Positions 24,001-35,100 of a DNA stretch of 64,000 nt are shown here, one piece after another. The stretch's first letter is position 1, and every line of letters starts with the position of its first letter. Below the pieces are notes generated by a model that searched no databases, was not told where the DNA came from, and saw only the letters and a list, made by a program, of their open reading frames with translations. The stretch spans positions 7,152 through 71,151 of the forward strand of contig NIVC01003893.1 of assembly GCA_002269645.1 (NCBI GenBank), given 5' to 3'. Position numbers and translations under genes: made by a program. The DNA is from Macrostomum lignano. Taxonomy: Eukaryota.

Positions 24001-27000
24001 TGTCCGGAGCGGAACAGTTGAACACCTCAGAGGCATATACGGACCAGCCCATCTCTTCGCACAGGAAGGCGTACTCCAAGTTAGTGAGGCCGGGCGAGTA
24101 CAGCCGGTTCGGATCCGACTCTACAGGCAGGAACAGATTCCAGAGGCCCTGATTTTTAGCCTCAGATTTCAGCCGCTCAATACTGGGGTGCACCGTCCAC
24201 TTGGACTGGGACTCGTAGTGCGAGTTCAGCTCGGATTCTAGTGGCAAAATCCTGTCGCGAACAAATGCCCGAATTTTGGCGTGCAGTTGACGAACTTCGG
24301 GTCGGAGATCCGACAGGCTGACAGGCATGCCGGATGTCGCCGAGGCCGACGATGAGAAACTGTGACTGGGCTGGCTGGGCAGGCCGGAGCGCTGGGCCAC
24401 CGTCCAGCCGAGGCGAGCCACATCGCGAGCGAATGAGCCCACAATCTTGGCCTTCGCCGAGCTGCTCTGGCCGTCGAGGGCGCGCCTGTTGAGGGGGGCA
24501 TGTGGTTAGGCGAAATTAAGGAGGTCTGCCAATCCCCCTAGCAACTGAGGATCCGAGAGGGTCTGCCAATTCCCCTAGCAACTGAGGATCCGAGAGGGTC
24601 TGCCAATTCCCCTAGCAACTGAGGATCCGAGAGGGTCTGCACAACCCCCTAGCAACTGAGGATCCGGGAGGGTCTGCAAATCCCCCTAGCAACTGAGGAT
24701 CCGGGAGGGTCTGCATATCCCTCTAGCAACTGAGGATCCGGGAGGGTCTGCAAATCCCCCTAGCAACTGAGGATCCGGGAGGGTCTGAAAATCCCCCTAG
24801 CAACTGGGGATCCAGGGTTTACCAGTTCCCCTAGCAACTGAGGATCCGAGAGGGTCTGCCAATTCCCCTAGCAACTGAGGATCCGAGAGGGTCTGCACAA
24901 CCCCCTAGCAACTGAGGATCCGGGAGGGTCTGCAAATCCCCCTAGCAACTGAGGATCCGGGAGGGTCTGCATATCCCTCTAGCAACTGAGGATCCGGGAG
25001 GGTCTGCAAATCCCCCTAGCAACTGAGGATCCGGGAGGGTCTGAAAATCCCCCTAGCAACTGAGGATCCAGGGTTTACCAGTTCCCCTAGCAACTGAGGA
25101 TCCGGGAGGGTCTGCATATCCCCCTAGCAACTGAGGATCCGGGAGGGTCTGCATATCCCCCTAGCAACTGAGGATCCGGGAGGGTCTGCATATCCCCTAG
25201 CAACTGAGGATCCGGGAGGGTTCTGCATATCCCCTAGCAACTCACTTGTAAACGCCCTGCAAAATAGCAGCAAAGCGGAACATCACGAAGGCGTGATAGA
25301 AGTCAATGTCGGGCACCCCGCCGCTCAGGCCCAAACGCTTGCAGTAGTCTTCGATGAGCTCCGCCTCAGTGGGCACCCCGTCTGGCAGAGGCTGCAGCGA
25401 CGGCACCAAGAATTTATCGCTCCATTCCGGGTCGAGACGGTGAGCGAGAAGGCACGTGGCCAGGTCCGTTCGCGGGTGGCCGAGAGTGGACAACTCCCAG
25501 TCTAGGATGCCGATCACCTGGCAGTGGGTAAGTGGGTTGTTTTTTGTTCCAGATTGCTACTGTTCCAGAGTGCTACTGTTCCAGAGTGCTACTGTTCCAG
25601 AGTGCTATTTTTCTAGAGTGCTCCGGTTCCAGAGTGCTACTGTTCCAGAGTGCTACTGTTCCAGAGTGCTATTTTTCTAGAGTGCTACTGTTCCAGAGTG
25701 CTACTGTTCCAGAGTGCTACTGTTCCAGAGTGCTCCTGTTCCAGAGTGCTATTCTTCTAGAGTGCTCCTGTTCCAGAGTGCTACTGTTCCAGAGTGCTAT
25801 TTTTCTAGAGTGCTACTGTTCCAGAGTGCTCCGGTTCCAGAGTGCTACTGTTCCAGATTGCTACTATTCCAGAGTGCTATTTTTCTAAAGTGCTACTGTT
25901 CCAGAGTGCTACTGTTCCAGAGTGCTACTCTTCCAGAGTGCTACTCTTCCAGAGTGCTATTTTTCTAGAGTGCTCCAGTTCCAGAGTGCTACTGTTCCAG
26001 AGTGCTATTTTTCTAGAGTGCTACTGTTCCAGAGTGCTCCGGTTCCAGAGTGCTACTGTTCCAGATTGCTACTGTTCCAGAATGCTATTTTTCTAGAGTG
26101 CTCCGGTTCCAGAGTGCTACTGTTCCAGAGTGCTACTGTTCCAGAGTGCTACTGTTCCAGAGTGCTACTGTTCCAGAGTGCTACTGTTCCAGAGTGCTAC
26201 TGTTCCAGAGTGCTATAGTTCCAGAGTGCTATTTTTCTAGAGTGCTACTGTTCCAGAGTGCTCCGGTTCCAGATTGCTATTGTTCCAGAGTGCTATTTTT
26301 CTAATGTGCTACTGTTCCAGAGTGCTATTTTTCTAGAGGGCTCCGGTTCCAGAGTGCTACTGTTCCAGAGTTCTACTGTTCCAGAGTGCTATTTTTCTAG
26401 AGTGCTACTGTTCCAGAGTGCTCCGGTTCCAGAGTGCTACTGTTCCAGAGTGCTACTGTTCCAGAGTGCTACTGTTCCAGAGTGCTACTGTTCCAGAGTG
26501 CTACTGTTCCAGAGTGCTACTGTTACAGAGTGCTATTTTTCTAGAGTGCTACTGTTCCAGAGTGCTATTGTTCCGGAGTGCTATTTTTCTAGAGTGCTAC
26601 TGTTCCAGAGTGCTCCGGTTCCAGATTGCTATTGTTCCAGAGTGCTATTTTTCTAATGTGCTACTGTTCCAGAGTGCTACTGTTCCAGAGTGCTATTTTT
26701 CTAGAGGGCTCCGGTTCCAGAGTGCTACTGTTCCAGAGTTCTACTGTTCCAGAGTGCTATTTTTCTAGAGTGCTACTGTTCCAGAGTGCTCCGGTTCCAG
26801 AGTGCTACTGTTCCAGAGAGCTATTTTTCTAGAGTGCTACTGTTCCAGAGTGCTCCGGTTCCAGAGTGCTACTGTTCCAGATTGCTATTGTTCCAGAGTG
26901 CTATTTTTCTAGAGTGCTACTGTTCCAGAGTGCTACTGTTCCAGAGTGCTACTGTTCCAGAGTGCTACTGTTCCAGAGTGCCTTCTATTTAGGGGGAATG

Positions 27001-30000
27001 CCGGTTATCTTTGTGAAGGCTTTATTTTGTTGTCCGTTGGTTACTTTTAGAAAAGAGATTCTTAGCAAACATCTTTTTCCGTGCCAATTTTACACGAATA
27101 AGGGATTTGTAAAACTGAAGAAGGAATTGGTTCTTAAGAAAATGTTCTTTTTTAATGGATTTGCATGAATAATTTTTGCTCCTTGCTTATTGGGTGCCCT
27201 GAGGGGAGCACTAGACTGCGAGTCAATTAGCTTAATTGTTATTTTGCTCAAAAACACCCCATAGTAGGTCACACTAAAAAATGTCTCACAAAAATTTGAG
27301 TTTAGTTTATTATCAAAAAACACACACACACGCATTAAATTCAGACAATAATGGGAGATTAGGAAAAATCTGCATTACACAGGTGCAACAGCACTCATTG
27401 CTCACAAACACAAATGGAATTAGTGGATGATTTAGCATTGCACTCGAAGCAATGTCGCAAAGCAAGCACCAAAGAATATAAAAGGTTGTTAGTTGCCATT
27501 CGACAAATGCAGCTAAAGGTTAAAAAGCAACAACGATTCAGTTGATTAATTTTTTCACAAAAAAAGCAATCTAGCTCAGTCGTGAGAATAGGTATGATGG
27601 AGAATAGGATGCTGCCTTCAACCTCTGCATACCTATGACAAGGAATGGCAGCTTATATCTAAATACACCCCTGTACCACATTTCAGCCCTTGTTTATTGA
27701 ATATTTCTAAACACCAGCAGCCAACTTTGATTTTGCTGATGATAAATAAAAATCAATGAGAATTTTGAGGGATTAAAATCAATTGGCGTGAGTCGAAAAT
27801 TAGGGCTTCGATGCAAGAAAAAGGGGGGGGGGCGGAGAGAGAGGGGTGGAGAGGGAGGGGAGAATTGGGCGGATAGAAGCGGAGAGAGGGGCGGAGAGAG
27901 GGAGCGGATGGAGAGGCGTAAAGAAAGGGCAGAGGCAGAGAGAGGGGCAAAGAGAGGGGTGAAGAGAAAGGGCGGAGAGAAGAGGTAGAGAGGGGCGGAG
28001 AGAAAGGGTAGAGAGGGGCGGAGAGAGAGGGACGGAGAGGGAGGGGCGGAGAGAAAGGGGCGGAGAGAAAGGGACGGAGAGAGAGGGGCGGAGAGAGAGG
28101 GACGGAGAGAGAGGGACGGAGAGAGAGGGGCGGAGAGAGAGGGACGGAGAGAGAGGGGCGGAGAGAGAGGGACGGAGAGAGAGGGGCGGAGAGAGAGGGA
28201 CGGAGAGAGAGGGGCGGAGAGAGAGGGGCGGAGAGAGAGGGGCGGAGAGAAAGGGACGGAGAGAAAGGGTAGAAAGGGTAGAGAGGGGCGGAGAGAAAGG
28301 GGCGGAGAGAAAGGGTAGAGAGGGGCGGAGAGAAAATGCAGAGAGGGGCGCAATCCGAACGGAAAGGTCGGCAGAAAACCAAAGCAGAAAAGAGAATTAA
28401 ACCAAGGCCGTTGTGCCAGATTTAGACATCGAAATAGAATAATTGGGAGACTGCTAAGAAAAAACAGGTGTTGGCAAATGGTTGCTTTGCACAAAAAGGT
28501 TAAAAATATTTCCACCAAACAGGTGCCTCAAAGCGCGAAATCTGTCCCTACAGCACAGTCATCGATCATTCGCTAAATAAGCGAATTTTGTTAGACAAGA
28601 AATTTGCGTAGAAGCATATGGCGCATCCAACATTAATGACGATACGCAATTCTGCATCACGTGACTTTGATTTGCGAGCGCCGAACGACAGATTGTAGAG
28701 GGATTAATGAAAGGCATTTGAAGGTTAGAGAAATGGAAGAATATAAAGCAAAAGCAAAATAAAATTTGCTTCTAGGAAAATTAGTTTTTAGAAAACAGCC
28801 ATTCTAGGAAACAGCCATTATTCTAGGAAACTGCATTATTCTAGGAAACAGCTTTTATTCTAGGAAACAGCTATTTTTCTAGGAAACAGCATTATTCTAG
28901 GAAAAAGCTATTATTCTAGGAAACAGCCATGTTTCTAGGAAACCACCATTATTCTAGGAAATAACTTTTATTCTATGAAACAGCCATTATTCTAGGAAAA
29001 AGCCATGTTTCTGGGAAACCACCATTATTCTAGGAAAAAGCCATTATTCTAGGAAACAGCCATTATTTTAGGAAACAGCCATTATTTTAGGAAACAGCCA
29101 TTATTTGAGAAAACAGCCATTATTCTAGGAAACAGCCATTATTCTAGGAAACAGCAATTATTCTAGGAAACAGCCATTATGCTAGGAAACAGCGATTATT
29201 CTAGGAAACAGCCATTATTCTAGGAAACAGCCATTATTCTAGGAAACAGGTGAGCGAGCGCGTGACTGCCCTGCCTCCCTGCTGACTGCGGAGTCGACTC
29301 AACAAACCAGAAAATAATATTCAAATCACAAAAAGGCCTACCTGCAGCTTATCCCGATCGAATACCAAATTATCTAATCGGAAATCCCCGTGCACAACTC
29401 CGCTGGGCTCGGGGCCTTCGGGCAGATGCGCCATCAGCCATTTGTGCAGATCCGTCATCTCCGGTATCGGCTGGGCGTCGCCACCGACGCTGGCCTCGTA
29501 TTGGCCGCGCCACCGCTCGATATTGCGCGCCAGATAGCGCTCGCGCTTGCCGTAGTCCGACAGATTAGTCGAATCTGGATCTACGCTGTGGATTAGAGCC
29601 AGGACCCGGATCATCTCAGAATACACCTGCGGATGGGTGATTTCTTGGAATATAGGGGGCGATTCAAATACAATAGAACGATAGCGATTCTAAGAAAAAA
29701 ACATCCGTTTTAAAAGGAAAGTCCGACTCCAAGGAAAGTAAGACCGATTCTAAGAAATTAAGATCGATTCTAAGAAAGTAAGATCGATTCTAAGAAATTA
29801 AGATCGATTCTAAGAAAGTAAGATCGATTCTAAGAAAGTAAGATCGATTCTAAGAAAGTAAGATCGATTCTAAGAAAGTAAGATCGATTCTAAGAAAGTA
29901 AGATTCTAAAACAGACTGATTCTAAGAAAAAGCGACCGATTCTAAAATTAGCAAATAAGATCGATTCTACGAAAGTAAGATCGATTCTAAAAAAGACTGA

Positions 30001-31041
30001 TTCTAAGAAAAAGCGACCGATTCTAAAATTAGCAAATAAGATCGATTCTAAGAAAGTAAGATCGATTCTAAGAAAGTAAGATTATTTTAGTTTCTTATTC
30101 TAGTTTCTAAGAAAGTAAGATCGATTCTAAAAAAACACTGATTCTAAGAAAAAGCAACCGATTCTAAAATTAGCATATAAGATCGATTTTAAGAAAAAAG
30201 ACTGATTTTAAGAAACTAAGACCCATTCTAAAAAATAAGATCGATTTTTAAGAAATTAAGACCGATTCTGAGAGAATAAAGCCGACTTCAAAGAAATAAA
30301 GTCCATTCTTAGAAAACAACACCGATTCTAAGAAATTTAGATATGATCTCAGAAAATCCACGATCAAGATTACGATTTCTTAAGTGTCGTTCTTTAGAAT
30401 TCTAAGAATCGCTCAATGACGATTTAAAATAGGCCTTCAAAAGTCGAACCTGTCTCCTCTGGTCCGGCTTCAGGTCCGGCAGTCTCACATCGGTGAACAC
30501 CTGGCCACTCAGGTATTCCATCACGTAGAACGGCGTGCCCAACACGCTGGAATCTTCGCACAGATCGAACAGCTCGGGCAGCGGGACGCCCCGCTGTCGC
30601 AGAGCCGACATCACCCTAAACTCGCGTTCGATTGCGTGAGCCGACGGTAGCAGCTTGCCCGGCGGCTTCTTGCGCAGCACGAGTTCTCGCTGGCCCAGCC
30701 GAATGTAGTAGGTGGGGTTTGACTGGCCGTGGCTGAAGCCTCGGACTGTCAGCTCGGCAGCGGACTCGCTGGGGAACAGTTTGGCCAGGTAGGATCGGAG
30801 TCGGTCTGCATCCAGGCGCAGCCGCTCCGACACCTCAACCGTGCCCGGGGGGTGCGGAACCTGCGGCGAGGATGCGGCCGTCTGTTGAAGTGAAACGCCG
30901 ATTACAGATTCCAGATCGCGGATGGCCTGCTGGGAGCTCGTCACCTGCGGGACAGGAGTAGAGTAGATGTGACAGACAGATAGACAGACAGACAGGCAGA
31001 CAGACAGACAGACAGACAGACAGAGAGACAGACAGACAGGC

Positions 31042-31082
<41 letters not shown>

Positions 31083-31201
31083 CAGACAGACAGGCAGACA
31101 GAGAGACAGACAGGCAGACAGGCAGACAGGCAGACAGACAGACAGACAGACAGACACAGACAGACAGACAGAGAGACAGACAGGCAGACAGACAGACAGA
31201 C

Positions 31202-31234
<33 letters not shown>

Positions 31235-31267
31235 CAGACAGACAGACAGAGAGACAGACAGGCAGGC

Positions 31268-31312
<45 letters not shown>

Positions 31313-31327
31313 GGCAGGCAGGCAGGC

Positions 31328-31400
<73 letters not shown>

Positions 31401-31410
31401 GGCAGGCAGG

Positions 31411-31478
<68 letters not shown>

Positions 31479-31495
31479 TAGACAGACAGACAGAC

Positions 31496-31540
<45 letters not shown>

Positions 31541-32111
31541 CAGACTATAAAGCTTCATAAAAAGCAGTTCAAGCCCTCCAATGTGCAGTTGATAGTCGGA
31601 ATGGCCAATAAATATTTGGAAAATATAAAGACGAAGGCCGGAATTCTCCTGAATAAAAATTCAAACTGAATTTATTATTTAAACTTAATGGGCAATAAAA
31701 GTGATTGGCTTGAATTTTATACCCACACCACAAAACCCACTCAACAAATACCACATCACAAAACCCATCCCACAAAGCTATAGAATGAAATTCATTCTCA
31801 CCTTAATAGTTTTAATACCCAGCGCTTTTGCGGCCTTCAAGTTCTGGCCAATATCGTCCAAGAAGACCACACTGCTGGCTGGCAGGCCAAGCCGCTCTAG
31901 CAAGATTTTGTAGATTCTCTCGTCCGGTTTTCGGCAGCCAACTTTGCAGGATTCAACAATCTGCGAAAAATCGAAGGCAGGATGACTGCTGAAATTACTG
32001 ATTGGAAATAAAAACTTAGCAATGTCTGTTGATAAGTGAAAATATGAAATATTAATATAACTCACTGATAATGACGTTAGAGGAAATTTGTAAGAAAGAT
32101 AAGAGATACAT

Positions 32112-32144
<33 letters not shown>

Positions 32145-35100
32145 CTGAGAGAAACATGCGGGAGGAATAAGACACAGGGTGAGAGAATCGTCTGCAAGAG
32201 GGAAAAGAGAAACGTGCAAGAAGGAAAAGAGAACGTGTGAGAGGGAAAAGAGAAACGTGCAAGAATGATGAGAGAAAAGTGCAAAAGGGACTTTGAGACA
32301 TGGTTGAAATACAGAAGCTCATTCAAAGTTCCAGCCCAAAGCGACGTACAAACATACTCGTGAATGAAGTGACAGAGCGATCGAGTGAATGTCAATAGTC
32401 CAATTCAAACAAATGCGAATCGGATGCACTATTGGCTGTTTGCCAGGATTTTCCAGGCACAAATAGAGTCGGGCTATGATTATACCAGCTATCTACGATA
32501 GCTTTCGAGAAAGATAGAATGTTAAAAAATGGTACAGACAGACAGACAGACTGGGAGCTGAACGAACGCTGAGTGAGTGGGGGGGATTACTGGGGAACGC
32601 AAACTGCACAATTAAAGTCCCGCGCTCATACAAGCCATTAAGCTGGGGCACTTGGGAGTTGCTATTCATATATGGGATTAGCTGGTCTTGCTCACTGGGT
32701 CAGTAATCGAAGGCTGCTTAAGTTGAATTTTTTTATCACTATCATTTATCTATTCGTCCGTACTGTATCTCTGTCAGTGTCTTTGCTTGCTGTGTGAGAT
32801 CAAGGGCGATCTGTGTGTCTCTTTCTCACTCCGCCTGTCTTCTATCTCACTGTTCTATCCCTGATTGTGTCTATCCCTCTCCCCGCCTGTCTTCTATCTC
32901 ACTGTTCTATCCCTGATTGTGTCTATCCCTCTCCCCCGCCTGTCTTCTATCTCACTGTTCTATCCCTGATTGTGTCTATCCCTCTCCCCGCCTGTCTTCT
33001 ATCTCACTGTTCTATCCCTGATTGTGTCTATCCCTCTCCCCCGCCTGTCTTCTATCTCACTGTTCTATCCCTGATTGTGTCTATCCCTCTCCCCCGCCTG
33101 TCTTCTATCTCACTGTTCTATCCCTGATTGTGTCTATCCCTCTCCCCCGCCTGTCTTCTATCTCACTGTTCTATCCCTGATTGTGTCTATCCCTCTCCCC
33201 GCCTGTCTTCTATCTCACTGTTCTATCCCTGATTGTGTCTATCCCTCTCCCCGCCTGTCTTCTATCTCACTGTTCTATCCCTGATTGTGTCTATCCCTCT
33301 CCCCGCCTGTCTTCTATCTCACTGTTCTATCCCTGATTGTGTCTATCCCTCTCCCCGCCTGTCTTCTATCTCACTGTTCTATCCCTGATTGTGTCTATCC
33401 CTCTCCCCCGCCTGTCTTCTATCTCACTGTTCTATCCCTGATTGTGTCTGCCCCCCTCTTCACCTGTCTTCTATCTCACTGTTCTATCTCTGATTTTCTT
33501 TACCATTCTGTACGTCAACACTCGCGTCCATTTTTCCCAACTAATTGTCGCCTTTATCTTTACCCACTCTGACACGCAAAAAACTCTTACAATAGACTCG
33601 GCCAATCAACTTTATTTATAGCCTGCGCTTGCCAGCCGGCAGTTTAATTGGCGCAAAAGCCGAGCCAGACTATTTAGTACAATTATATCCGCCTACCAAA
33701 ATTGTTGCCCAAATTATTTTAATTACCCTCTTAGTCATGCTTTAGGAGACGGGGACAGCTGGTGATGACGGCCAGGCGGGTGTTTGTGATAAGAGGGCAA
33801 GGCGGGTGCTGGTGATAAGAGGCCAAGGCGGGTGCTGGTGATAAGAGGGCAAGGCGGGTGCTGGTGATAAGAGGGCAAGGTGGGTGCTAGTGATAAGAGG
33901 CCAAGGCGGGTGCTGGTGATAAGAGGGCAAGGTGGGTGCTAGTGATAAGAGGCCAAGGCAGTGCTTGTGATAAGAGGGCAAGGTGGGTGCTAGTGATAAG
34001 AGGCCAAGGCGGGTGCTGGTGATAAGAGGGCAAGGTGGGTGCTAGTGATAAGAGGCCAAGGCGGGTGCTGGTGATAAGAGGGCAAGGTGGGTGCTAGTGA
34101 TAAGAGGCCAAGGCGGGTGCTGGTGACAAGAGGGCAAGGTGGGTGCTAGTGATAAGAGGGAAAGGTGGGTGCTGGCGACAAGAGGGTAAGGCAGGTGCTT
34201 GTGATAGGAATGGAAATATTTATCTACCTGGATTTCTGTGTTACACGCAATTCAGTCTGGGCTAAATGAGAAGTGCTAAATAAAACATGCAATTATGCCC
34301 TACAGAAGTCAAAGTCGATGCCCAAGGTAAAGATAACAAGGGTCCAACGCGAGCGGAGATAAGAGAACAAATTGCAGGACGATTTATGGATAATTAATAA
34401 CTATAACTAATCACGGAGGCCAGAAGCTGGACGTCAGCAAGAAAAAGCACTGATTAAAACCACGTGACGCTATAAATGAAGGTCATTGGAATTACGCGCT
34501 TTCGACTTCTCTCTCTGTCCTCTGTACCTGCTCTTCATCAGGTCAAGTAGTACTGCTAAATTTGCAGGTGATTTTAAAGACCCAAATCAGAAAAATATCA
34601 AATTACGTAAAGCCCAAATTACAACACACATTCTAAATTACACAAACCGTAAATTACACAAATCCCAAATTAAACAAACCCCAAATTACACGAACCCTAA
34701 ATTACATATATTTCAAATTGCACAAACCTTAAATTACACAAATTCCAAATTACACAAATCCCAAATTACACAAGCCCTAAATTACATAAATCTCAAATTG
34801 CACAAATCCCAAATTACACAAACCTTAAATTACACAAATCCCAAATTACACAAACCTTAAATTACACGAATTCCAAATTACACAAACCTTAAATTACACG
34901 AATTCCAAATTACACAAACCTTAAATTACACAAATTCCAAATTGCATAAATCCCAAACTACACAAATGCTAAATCACAAAAATCCCAAATTACACAAACC
35001 ACAAACTACACGAACCCCAAATTACACAAACCTTAAATTTACACAATTTTCAAATTACACTAATCATGAAATGATACAAACCTTAATTTACAAAACTATA

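Noticed and set aside
34493-34546. Hammerhead-ribozyme-like motif on the minus strand (CTGATGA...CGAAAGCGCGTA); also CTGAAGA...GAAA at about 27110
   Set aside because: Stem II and stem I cannot pair, and the second copy of the 27110 repeat lacks GAAA; at most degenerate remnants.
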